The notes: generated by a model not told the origin, from the sequence alone. 27,983 nucleotides of DNA from Candidatus Uhrbacteria bacterium (GCA_023246275.1 JAHFIS010000001.1:2321-30303); one strand, 5' to 3'. Shown: positions 15,516-24,932, counted from the stretch's first letter. Numbers and translations are program-made.

Positions 15516-18500
15516 ATTCGTGGATAATTCAAAACCGATTTTCCCGCCCGTTCGCGGCCGCGCTCATCGCGCTGGTCGCCTTTGCGGTCCTGTCCTCGCC
15601 CATCCTGACGGCCTACGCGGCCGCCCCTGTGAACGCCATCTCGTACCAGGGGCGGCTGCTCGATTCTTCCGGGAATCCCGTTTCCGACGCAAGCGCCGAG
15701 TTCGTGTTCCGCCTGTTCGATTCCGCCTCGGGCGGCACCTGCCTCTGGGAGTCCGACGACGGGGCCGCGTGCGACGACCCGGACGAGACGCAGACGGTCG
15801 CGATCAACGACGGACTCTTTTCAGAAAATATCGGATCCTCGGTCGATCCCGACGGATTGTCCGAGGCATATCCCGTCGACCTTTCCGGGGTCTTTGAGAA
15901 CAACTCGGCCGTCTATCTCGAGGTCGTCATCAACGGAGAGACCCTTTCCCCGCGCAAGCAGATCGTCGCGGCTCCGTTCGCGCTCAACTCGCAGTCGCTC
16001 GACGGCCTCGACTCGACCGCTTTTCTTTCGTCGACCGGCGACACGGCGAGCGGCGCGTTCGATTTCACCGGCGCGACGATCGCCGGAACGAGCGCCCTGT
16101 CGTTCGAAGGCGCGACGACCGACGGATTCCAGACGACCCTTTCGTTTGCGGACCCGACCGCGGACAATACGGTTACCTTCCAAAATGCAAGCGGCACGGT
16201 CGCGCTTACCTCCGACATCCCGGCGGGATCGTCGCTCTGGGAAACGGGAGCGTTCGGAACGTACGAGGACGACGCGAACGTGATCGTCGGAACCTCCGGC
16301 GACGAGACGATCTCGAACGCCGCCTTCACGCTGTCCGGCAACGACCTGTTCGTCGCGGACACGCTTGGCGTCGAGGGCTCGGTGTACAGCGACGGCGCGT
16401 TCGTCGCGGGAACGACCAGCTACGGAAACGGTGACATTTCTACCACGGGAGGACAGAACGTCTCGCTGACACCGAGCGGTGGAATCGTTGACGTTATCGG
16501 TACCACCATCCGTGGATCGGGCGCCTTGGAAATTAAGTCGCAGTCCGCAAATCTTTCCCTGAACGCGGACGGGGGCGACATCGTCATCGGCGACGATCCC
16601 AGCGATAAGTTCATGCGCTTCGGAGGAAACGGAATGCGCCAGATTGAGATTGGAACGAACGCCGGCGCGGGGTACACGAACGTTCATTCCGGTACGAACG
16701 GGACGCTCCTCGATTCGACCGGAGCGATCACGATCGACTCGGCGGACTGGGACGTCAGCGCGACGGGAAACATGACGGGAATCGGATCAATTTTCTCGGA
16801 CGGCCTGATTACCGCGAACGCCGGGATCGCGACGTCTGCGGCCACGTCGCTCAGCATCGTCAGCGGGACGACCGGAACGATGACCCTTGATTCCGGAACC
16901 ACGGGAACCGTGAACATCGGAACGGGAGACGGAGGAAAGGCGATCAACATCGGAACGGACAATACCGTCGGTAACGCGATTGCCGTCGGCGCGCCGAATG
17001 GAACGCTCGACATGTATGGCACGATGACCATGAACGGACCCGTCCTCGTGAACGGGAACTTTGAGGTCACGGGCGGCGGGGCGACGGCGACGATTCAGAC
17101 CCCCTTCGTCGCAAACGGCGACGTGACGATGAACAACGTCGGAGCGAACGCGATCCTGATCGGATCGGCGGCGGACACGGTGACGCTCGCCTCGGACGCC
17201 CTCTCGCTTACGGACGACAATTGGAGCGTTACCGCAGCCGGAGTGGCAAAATTCGTCTCGATCGGCGCGGGAGGAACCGCGGGAACGGGGTCGTTTACGA
17301 CGCTTTCCGCGACTGACGACGTGACCTTGTTTTCCGCGGCCGACTTCGACCAGTCTGGATCGACGGGAACGTTCAAGACGGGTACCGGCTCGGTCACGTT
17401 GAATGGGAACGTGAACGTCGTCAGCGGAAAGACCCTTTCGCTGGCAGATCTTGCTTCCACAATGTTGAAAACCAACGGATCCGGAACACTCGTCGCGGCG
17501 ACGTCCGGGACGGACTATCTGAGCGGCTCGCTCGCGGACAACAAGGTCCTCATCGGAAACGGCGCGGGACTTGCGACGGCCGTTACCCTCTCGGGCGACG
17601 TTACGAGCACGAACGCCGGCGTTTTGACGATCGGAAGCGGGAAGGTCAACAGCGACAAGGTGCTTGATGACTCGATCATGAATGCCGACATCAATTCGGC
17701 CGCCGCGATCGCGCTTTCCAAGCTCGCGTCCGGCTCGTCGATCGTCACGTCGCTTGCCCCTCCGTCCGGGTCGAGCGCGAACGGCGGATCTATCGCGGCG
17801 AACGTCCTCACTCTGTCCCTCGCGGACGGGACGAACCCTGGGGTCGTTTCGACAGGTTCGCAGACATTTGCGGGAGACAAGACGTTCGCGGGTACGCTTA
17901 CGGCGAACGGCGTCGTCGCGCTCGGCGACAATGGCGACACGGTTGCGATCAACTCGAGCGATTGGGACGTGGACGCGACTGGCGCGATGTCAGGCATCGC
18001 AACGGTCGCTTCGAACGAAAACCAGGGGGTCCTGTTCGCTAACGTCCCCATAACGGGAACGGACGCGACCCTGCATTCCGTCGGTCTCCAAATCGACGGC
18101 AACTCCGGCGTCCTCGTTACGGCCACCGGTGACGGCGCGGGAGGCGTAGGAGATCGGATCGTCGACATTGGAAAGTCGGGCGGAACGGACACGGTAAACG
18201 TCGGCGACGCGACGTCGTCGATCTCGATCGGCGCGGTGGGAGCGAACGTCGCCCTGACGGACACGCAGTGGTCGATAACCGGCGCGGGCGCCGGGTCATT
18301 CTCGTCCCTGTCTCTCGGCGGAAATCTCGACATGACGAACAATTTGATTCTCAACGTCGGCAACGCGAACACGGACTTCACGGCCGGCGGCGGCTTGACG
18401 ATCGCGGACGACCTTTCCGTCGGCGGAACGGCCCCGTCCTCCTCGCCGTTCGGCGTGGACGAGTCCGCGAACACGATCTACATCGGCGAAGGAGCAAACG

Positions 18501-21500
18501 GAAACGGGACACTGACGTTCAAGGCGTCGGACGCGGACACGGGAAACGTCGCGTATACGACGGACGATCTTTGGGCATTCACGGGAGGCAACGTGTTTAT
18601 CGGCGGAACGTCGGTAGGCTCCGTGAAGTCGACGTTCGTACCAAACGGCGACGACTTGTACGTGGCCGGCGATATCGCGGCGCAGTCGAACATGTACGCG
18701 GACTCGTTTACGGCCGGAGACGCGTCGACCGTCTATGCCAACGGATCCATCACGACGACCGAATTCGGAATGGTGAACAACATGGATGTGACGGGCGGCG
18801 TTGACACGTACACGTATTCCATTCAAATTGACGGGAATACGGCGCTTTCCGTGGCCGCTACGGGAACGGGGGGCGGATTTGTCGGGGCGCGAACCATCCA
18901 GCTTGGAGTTTCGGCGGGCGCGGACAGCGTTGGGATTGGCGACTCAAACGCCGACGTATCCGTTACCGACGCGCAGTGGTCCGTGTCCGGCGCCGGCGCC
19001 GCGTCATTTTCGTCGCTTGGGATGACGGGCAACCTGGACATGGCGACGCACACGATCACGCAGATCGGAAACGCGGCGACGAACTTTACGGGGACCGGCG
19101 GCCTGACGCTCGCTGGAGCGTTCACGGCAAACGGGACCGTTGACGTAAATGCCCTATCCACGTTCAACACCGACATGGACTTCCTGCTCGCCGGGACGGA
19201 AAACGTCCAGCTGACGAGCACGACCGGAGCCTCGTCGGTGAATGCGTTAGCGATTCGGCTTGAGAATAACGACGCGGTCGGCGCGGGAACACAGCGAGGA
19301 ATGTACGTGACGAACGAAAGCAACGCGACAAGCGCGACTACCGAGTCGCTCATCACCTTGGACAACCTGGATTCCGATACCCTGACGGACGCGTTAAATA
19401 TCTCATCGACGGGCACGATCACGGACGCGATCGATGCTTCCGCCGCGAACATTGTCAATGCGCTGAATGTCGGCGCCAATACAATTCTGGGAACGACTGG
19501 CGTTGTCGATTATACAAACTTTGACGTCGCCTCGAATGGTAACGTGACCGTTGCGGGCGGACAGGGAATCGACGTGAACGCGGCGGGAACGCTGGCGCTC
19601 GGTAATGTGACGGCAACGACGATCAATTTGGGCAGCACAGCCGTTACTCGCGCCATCAACGTCGGAACCGGAGGAAACGCCGACACGATCCTCATCGGGA
19701 CCGGCGCGGGGGCAGATGTCATCGGAATCGGCGCGTCTACCGGAACGCTCAATCTCACGTCAGGCGCGGGCGTCATCGACTTCAATGAGTTTGACGTTTC
19801 GGGAACGACCGGAAGCGTGACGATTAATGACACTGGAGAGGATCTCGGTGCGTTGACGGTGGAAGGGACGAATTTGGATATCAATTCGCTTGATTTTGTT
19901 GGAGCAGGGACGATCACGACGACGGGGGGCGCGTCAAAGCTCATTCTTGATTCCGGATCCGGAACGATATTTGGCGCAAATGGCGACGCATTCATGGTGT
20001 CGGCGCCTCCGATCGGCGCGGATCTCGCGATCCTTAGCTCGCCGTCGCTCGTCATGATGGGATCGTATGACAGCGACGCGACGGGATCATTTCTGAGTAG
20101 CCAGGTCAGCGGCTCCATTTTTCACAAGGTGACGGATGCAGCGGGTGGTATTCCGAAATCAGAACTGGACTTCGATATCGCCGGAGGAACGGCGGAGATG
20201 ACTTTGGATTACCTGGGAAATCTCAAGGCGGTCGGAGGTACGACGTTCGGGGATGCTAGCGGACCTGACCAGTTTGCCTTTACGACGAGCGCGGCAACCG
20301 TGGACGCGATGACGTTGACGGCGAACTCGCTGACATCCGGGGCCGGATTGACCATTCAGCGCGCCGCCGGCGGAGCCCCATTTACCAGCACGTCCGGTCT
20401 GCTCGACGTGAAACAGCTCAATGTCAACGCCGGTTCGACTGGCTACGTCGCTCAATTCGTGAACGCCGGTACGGGTCCGAGCGTCTTCGTGGACGCGAAC
20501 GGGAGTACAGGAGGAACGGTCAGCGATACGGTGGGAGGCGCCGTGCATATCAGCAATACGGGAAATGCGGATTATGGACTGACTGTTTACTCAAATCAAC
20601 CAGCATCGACGAGTCCGTTGGCAATGTTTTATACGGACAATAACTCTTTCGACACGGATACCGTGCTTATCAAACATGACCGAACGGCATTGACCCCAGG
20701 AAGCACGTTGGATATGGCAGCACTTCGCATCCAGGTTTCTGATCCCGGTGATCCTGCGGATAATGCTGTCAATAATGGCGGTATCGTAATTGATACGGAT
20801 ATTTTCGATGCGGTTCATGGAGATAACCTTGGATCGGAGGTTTTCCAGATCCGGGCGTCAAGCGGCGCGAATACCGTATTTGCCGTTGACCCGGATGGTG
20901 ACTTTGGTTATGACGGCACAGCGTATACGTCGGCCTCCGATCTTGCCGAGTCATATCAAAGCACGGATACGCTTGAGCCTGGAGAAATCGTTGTTACCGG
21001 GACAGGAACGGACTCAATTCAACGAACCTCCACTTCATACCAAAACGCAATTCTTGGTGCGATTTCAACGCAGCCAGGTATTCTTTTGGGCTCTTCTGGA
21101 GCGGACGGGGCTCCGGACACCGGATATATGTTGGCTCTTGCCGGTCGCGTCCCAGTCAAAGTTGACGACGAAAATGGTCCGATCGCGATCGGCGATCCGA
21201 TTGCTTCCAGTTCCACTGCCGGTTATGGAATGAAGTCAACCCAGGCGGGAGCGATTGTTGGCTTCGCGCTGGAGGCGTATTCCGGAATCGGCCCGGGATC
21301 GATCAGCGTGTTTGTCAGCCCGCAGTTCTACGTTGGGTCGGTCCTTGCGACGGACGGCTCGGCGACCGTCGTCTCTGGCGATCTCGCTATGGCCTCGACG
21401 GGAACCGCGACCGCCACGGCGTCGGGGTTCGATTCGAACGCTTTCCAGCTTCGCGGATCGGGCTGGGACGGAGCGGCGGCGCAGAACGTGCAGATGTCCA

Positions 21501-22885
21501 TGGCGACGGACGTGACGAACTCGTCTGATTACCGTCTTTCCATAAAGAACACGGCAGGATCCGAAGTCGCGTACGTTTCCCAGGCCGGCGACATGGCGAT
21601 TGCGGGAAGACTCTATCCGTCAGATCGCGGAACGCTGCAGACCTCCAAGTATATCTATTACGACGGTTCATCCGGAAGCGGCGGCGACTTCATGCGGACG
21701 AACGCGTCTGGCTGGGCGACTGGATCCTACGACTTCGCGGAAATGTTCCCGTCCGTCGACGCGCTCGAGGCCGGAGACGTGGTCATGTTTGGCACGAACG
21801 ACGAGAGCGTTCTGAAGTCGACGGGTTCGTCGGCGAGCCTCGCGGGTATCGTCTCGACGCGACCGGGGTTCCTTGCGGGAGAAAATCGGGCGGGAGACTA
21901 TCCGATCGCGCTTGCCGGTCGCGTGCCGACGAAGGTCACGCTTGAGAACGGGTCGATCGCGGTCGGCGACCCACTGACGGCGTCGGCGACGAAGGGGTAC
22001 GCAATGAAAGCGGTGGCTTCCGGGCCGATTGTCGGGTATGCGCTTGAGGCGTATTCCGGCGCGGCCGGGGCGGACGACCGGATCATTGCGTTCGTGAATG
22101 CCGGCTATTGGAGCGGCGGGCCGACGAGTCCGACGCCTGGGACGAGGAATACCGCCTCCACGATCATCGTCACCCGGAACGCGAAAAACTTGGCCTCGCT
22201 CAACATGGAAGGGAACGTGTACATGGCGGGAAACGACATTCTCGGCGTCCGCCGTATCGCCGGGCTCTCGGACCGATGGTCGCTAGAGGAGGACGGAACG
22301 GTGAAGACGGAGGGAACGTTCCAGAACGTGATCGAGACCTACCAGGGCGACAGGGTAGCAACGACCGCGGTAACATCGCCGGACGTACAGATCACGCTCG
22401 TCGGAACTGCGACGCTCGTGAACGGGGAGGCGGTGGTACGGTTTGAGGATATCAGTTCGTCATTCAACGACATGACGTCCACCTCCGCGCCGATTCGCGT
22501 GGTCGTGACCCCAAACGGGCCGGTTTCGTTGTACGTCTACGAGAAGAACAACGACGGGTTCGGCGTCCGCCAGATGAACGGAGCCGATTCCGACGTGACC
22601 TTCGACTGGATGGTGAGCGCGTTCCGGAAGGACTTCGAGCCAGCCGTCGTTCCCGAGGGAGCATTGGCTGGCGAGCCTGTCGAGATCGTCGCGCCGATCG
22701 TCGAATTGCCGGTTGACCTGATCGCGACAAACCCGACGGTCGTTCCCGAACCGGACCCCGGCATTGCCGAGGAGACGCTCTCGGATTCCTCATCTACGAC
22801 CGATGAAGCAAGTCCGGTGAGCCCGGACACGGCCATTCCCCCTGCCGATTCGACGGAATCGAACCCCTTGGTAAGCCAGCCATAA
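15512..22885 (+). CDS. Giant secreted phage-tail-fibre-like adhesin with two peptidase-G2-like (intramolecular chaperone) domains (2457 aa)
   Basis: ATGA overlap with the previous gene; signal peptide ending AYA. N-terminal ISYQGRLLD...GLFS..IG...YLEV.INGETLSPR..I.AAPFAL domain; long Gly/Thr/Ser/Ala/Asn beta-repeat body; DLAE (20939) and DFAE (21731) each followed by GD.V...G..ST.PG...G...AL.GRVP.KV..ENG.I..GDP...S...GY.MK; C-terminal beta module and acidic Pro-rich tail. Confidence 0.8.
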   Translation: MNSWIIQNRFSRPFAAALIALVAFAVLSSPILTAYAAAPVNAISYQGRLLDSSGNPVSDASAEFVFRLFDSASGGTCLWESDDGAACDDPDETQTVAINDGLFSENIGSSVDPDGLSEAYPVDLSGVFENNSAVYLEVVINGETLSPRKQIVAAPFALNSQSLDGLDSTAFLSSTGDTASGAFDFTGATIAGTSALSFEGATTDGFQTTLSFADPTADNTVTFQNASGTVALTSDIPAGSSLWETGAFGTYEDDANVIVGTSGDETISNAAFTLSGNDLFVADTLGVEGSVYSDGAFVAGTTSYGNGDISTTGGQNVSLTPSGGIVDVIGTTIRGSGALEIKSQSANLSLNADGGDIVIGDDPSDKFMRFGGNGMRQIEIGTNAGAGYTNVHSGTNGTLLDSTGAITIDSADWDVSATGNMTGIGSIFSDGLITANAGIATSAATSLSIVSGTTGTMTLDSGTTGTVNIGTGDGGKAINIGTDNTVGNAIAVGAPNGTLDMYGTMTMNGPVLVNGNFEVTGGGATATIQTPFVANGDVTMNNVGANAILIGSAADTVTLASDALSLTDDNWSVTAAGVAKFVSIGAGGTAGTGSFTTLSATDDVTLFSAADFDQSGSTGTFKTGTGSVTLNGNVNVVSGKTLSLADLASTMLKTNGSGTLVAATSGTDYLSGSLADNKVLIGNGAGLATAVTLSGDVTSTNAGVLTIGSGKVNSDKVLDDSIMNADINSAAAIALSKLASGSSIVTSLAPPSGSSANGGSIAANVLTLSLADGTNPGVVSTGSQTFAGDKTFAGTLTANGVVALGDNGDTVAINSSDWDVDATGAMSGIATVASNENQGVLFANVPITGTDATLHSVGLQIDGNSGVLVTATGDGAGGVGDRIVDIGKSGGTDTVNVGDATSSISIGAVGANVALTDTQWSITGAGAGSFSSLSLGGNLDMTNNLILNVGNANTDFTAGGGLTIADDLSVGGTAPSSSPFGVDESANTIYIGEGANGNGTLTFKASDADTGNVAYTTDDLWAFTGGNVFIGGTSVGSVKSTFVPNGDDLYVAGDIAAQSNMYADSFTAGDASTVYANGSITTTEFGMVNNMDVTGGVDTYTYSIQIDGNTALSVAATGTGGGFVGARTIQLGVSAGADSVGIGDSNADVSVTDAQWSVSGAGAASFSSLGMTGNLDMATHTITQIGNAATNFTGTGGLTLAGAFTANGTVDVNALSTFNTDMDFLLAGTENVQLTSTTGASSVNALAIRLENNDAVGAGTQRGMYVTNESNATSATTESLITLDNLDSDTLTDALNISSTGTITDAIDASAANIVNALNVGANTILGTTGVVDYTNFDVASNGNVTVAGGQGIDVNAAGTLALGNVTATTINLGSTAVTRAINVGTGGNADTILIGTGAGADVIGIGASTGTLNLTSGAGVIDFNEFDVSGTTGSVTINDTGEDLGALTVEGTNLDINSLDFVGAGTITTTGGASKLILDSGSGTIFGANGDAFMVSAPPIGADLAILSSPSLVMMGSYDSDATGSFLSSQVSGSIFHKVTDAAGGIPKSELDFDIAGGTAEMTLDYLGNLKAVGGTTFGDASGPDQFAFTTSAATVDAMTLTANSLTSGAGLTIQRAAGGAPFTSTSGLLDVKQLNVNAGSTGYVAQFVNAGTGPSVFVDANGSTGGTVSDTVGGAVHISNTGNADYGLTVYSNQPASTSPLAMFYTDNNSFDTDTVLIKHDRTALTPGSTLDMAALRIQVSDPGDPADNAVNNGGIVIDTDIFDAVHGDNLGSEVFQIRASSGANTVFAVDPDGDFGYDGTAYTSASDLAESYQSTDTLEPGEIVVTGTGTDSIQRTSTSYQNAILGAISTQPGILLGSSGADGAPDTGYMLALAGRVPVKVDDENGPIAIGDPIASSSTAGYGMKSTQAGAIVGFALEAYSGIGPGSISVFVSPQFYVGSVLATDGSATVVSGDLAMASTGTATATASGFDSNAFQLRGSGWDGAAAQNVQMSMATDVTNSSDYRLSIKNTAGSEVAYVSQAGDMAIAGRLYPSDRGTLQTSKYIYYDGSSGSGGDFMRTNASGWATGSYDFAEMFPSVDALEAGDVVMFGTNDESVLKSTGSSASLAGIVSTRPGFLAGENRAGDYPIALAGRVPTKVTLENGSIAVGDPLTASATKGYAMKAVASGPIVGYALEAYSGAAGADDRIIAFVNAGYWSGGPTSPTPGTRNTASTIIVTRNAKNLASLNMEGNVYMAGNDILGVRRIAGLSDRWSLEEDGTVKTEGTFQNVIETYQGDRVATTAVTSPDVQITLVGTATLVNGEAVVRFEDISSSFNDMTSTSAPIRVVVTPNGPVSLYVYEKNNDGFGVRQMNGADSDVTFDWMVSAFRKDFEPAVVPEGALAGEPVEIVAPIVELPVDLIATNPTVVPEPDPGIAEETLSDSSSTTDEASPVSPDTAIPPADSTESNPLVSQP

Positions 22886-22903
22886 CCGCTCTTTTTACGG
22901 CTG

Positions 22904-22934
22904 AAAAGCGCAGGTGCCCCACGCCTGCGTTTTT
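22904..22934 (+). terminator. Intrinsic terminator closing the surface operon
   Basis: AAAA-GCGCAGG...CCTGCGT-TTTT hairpin about 20 nt after the stop. Confidence 0.7.
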
Positions 22935-22999
22935 CGTTTATCCCGTCCCACTGGACAAAACCGTCATTTTCTGGTCAACTGTCCACGAGGACAGCAACA

Positions 23000-24040
23000 A
23001 TGAACGCTCTTTTCGTTCTTTCTGGACTGCTTGGCTGCTACGGCTTCATCACCCCGCAGGACGCTTCCCGCGCGATGGACCGCGACCAGGACGGGTTCGA
23101 CTACCGCGCGGACTGCAACGACGACGATGCGTCGATTGGCGCGGACACGATCTGGTACGTGGACGCGGACGGCGACGGCGACGGCGCACTGAATGCGACG
23201 GGAACCGTCTCGTGCGACGACCTGTCCGTGAACGGGTTTGTCCTGACGAACGGCGACTGTAACGATGCCGACGCGTCCATCTCGCCGACGGCGACCGAGG
23301 CGTGCAACGACATCGACGACAACTGCAACGGCGCGGTCGACGAGTCCGAGGAATGCCAGGGTCACAACACCGACGCGGACGGCGACGGATTCACGGAGGA
23401 CGTCGACTGCGACGACACGGACGCGGATGTGTATCCGAACGCGCCCGAGGTCTGGTACGACGGTATCGACGAGGATTGCCTTGGCGACGACGACTACGAC
23501 CAGGACGGCGACGGGTTCGACGCTGTCGACTACGGCGGGGAGGACTGCGACGACACGGTTGCGGCAGTGAATTCGTCGGCGGAGGAAATCTGCGACGACG
23601 GGATCGACAATGACTGCAGCGGTACCGAGAATGATGCGGATGACGCTGACGGGGATCAGTACACCGAGTGCACTGGCGACTGCAACGATGCAGATCCGGA
23701 TGTCGGGCCTTTTGCATATGATGCGTCATGCGATGGCGTCGACAACGACTGCGATGGAGAGGTCGACCAGCACGACGACCAGGACGACGACGGCGTCACC
23801 ACTTGTGATGGCGACTGCGACGACCACAACGCCAATCGCTATCCTGGAAATCCCGAGGTCTGCAATTATCTCGATGATGATTGCGACGGGTATGAGGATA
23901 ACGTTACGACGGACGTTGACGCCGATGGCTACAACACCTGTCAGGACTGCGATGACGACAATCCGGAAATCCATCCGAATGCGGAAGAGATCGTCGACGA
24001 TCCTTACGACTCCAACTGCAATGGTTCTCTGGACACCTAG
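23000..24040 (+). CDS. Lipoprotein made of Asp/Cys-rich putative metal-binding (MopE-related) repeats
   Basis: MNALFVLSGLLG-C lipobox; seven DC(N/D)D units, most with P.A.E.C..ID.DC second halves, and DxDxDG calcium-type motifs. Confidence 0.85.
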   Translation: MNALFVLSGLLGCYGFITPQDASRAMDRDQDGFDYRADCNDDDASIGADTIWYVDADGDGDGALNATGTVSCDDLSVNGFVLTNGDCNDADASISPTATEACNDIDDNCNGAVDESEECQGHNTDADGDGFTEDVDCDDTDADVYPNAPEVWYDGIDEDCLGDDDYDQDGDGFDAVDYGGEDCDDTVAAVNSSAEEICDDGIDNDCSGTENDADDADGDQYTECTGDCNDADPDVGPFAYDASCDGVDNDCDGEVDQHDDQDDDGVTTCDGDCDDHNANRYPGNPEVCNYLDDDCDGYEDNVTTDVDADGYNTCQDCDDDNPEIHPNAEEIVDDPYDSNCNGSLDT

Positions 24041-24076
24041 CCGTTGGACACACTCACACTACCCGGAGAATTCCCC

Positions 24077-24886
24077 ATGCTGACGCTCCTTCTTCTCGTC
24101 TCCCCGGCCCTCGCGCTCTGCGACAGGCCGTCCGACGTTTCCTCGATCTCCGTCGACGTCTCCACGGCGCAGCTTGCCATGGCGTCGCTTGACGACGAGA
24201 CCTTCGCGGCGTCCGTTCGTGACGCGCGGGCGACGCTCCTGTGCCTCGCGACGCCGCTCAATCCGCTCGACGCGTCGTCGTACCACGTGCTCATGGCGCT
24301 CGACGCGTTCATGGGCGGCAAGCCCGAGGACTCGGCGCGGTCGTTCCGGACCGTGCTCGCCATCAGCCCGACGTTCCGCCTTCCGGCCGCCATCGCCCCG
24401 GCCGGCGGTCCGCTCGAGAAGGCGCTCGACGCGGCGCGGGCCCAGAACGTGTCCGAGCCGCAGGCGCTTCCGGCCTACGACGGAATCGTCCTCATCGACG
24501 GCGTCCGCGCCCTGGTGCGTCCCACCGGCCGGCCGTGCATCCTGCAGCTGGTGACGACGAAAGGCGTCGTTTCCGCGACGTACTACCTCGGCACGGACGA
24601 CGAGCTGCCGCGCTGGGCCCCGCCGCCCACGGCCCTCCAGAAGGCGCTCCCAAAGGTCCGGAGCAAGCCGAGCGTGCCGTTCGCCATCGCCGCCGGCGCC
24701 ACCGCCGCGGCCGCCGTCGCCATCGACGTCTACGGGTCCACGCGGCACGACGCCTTCCTCGACCCGGCCACGCCGTACGACCAGCTCGACGCCCTGCGCG
24801 TCGAGTCCGACGGCTCCCTCGCCGCCAGCATCGGCCTCGGCGTCGCCTCGGCCGCCCTCACGACGTTCACCTTCCTTCGCTGGTGA
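24077..24886 (+). CDS. Secreted hypothetical protein: helical (TPR-like) N-domain, small beta domain, C-terminal hydrophobic hairpin
   Basis: ATG 24077 after GGAG; signal peptide MLTLLLLVSPALA; Cys pair in the helical region; two Ala/Gly-rich hydrophobic helices at the C-terminus; very high GC3. Confidence 0.65.
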   Translation: MLTLLLLVSPALALCDRPSDVSSISVDVSTAQLAMASLDDETFAASVRDARATLLCLATPLNPLDASSYHVLMALDAFMGGKPEDSARSFRTVLAISPTFRLPAAIAPAGGPLEKALDAARAQNVSEPQALPAYDGIVLIDGVRALVRPTGRPCILQLVTTKGVVSATYYLGTDDELPRWAPPPTALQKALPKVRSKPSVPFAIAAGATAAAAVAIDVYGSTRHDAFLDPATPYDQLDALRVESDGSLAASIGLGVASAALTTFTFLRW

Positions 24887-24903
24887 GCGTCTCTTTTTTT
24901 TGC

Positions 24904-24932
24904 AAAAAAATATCCGACACCGAGTGTCGGAT
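24904..24932 (-). terminator. Intrinsic terminator of the minus-strand ORFan
   Basis: ATCCGACAC-CGA-GTGTCGGAT 9-bp stem followed by a T7 run on the minus strand. Confidence 0.75.

Noticed and set aside
15512-22885. Fibre as a diversity-generating retroelement target
   Set aside because: No reverse transcriptase and no near-identical TR/VR pair with adenine-only differences seen in this window.
22952-22980. TGGACA-17-TCAACT as the promoter of the repeat lipoprotein
   Set aside because: The -10 lacks the conserved A at position 2; too weak to call.
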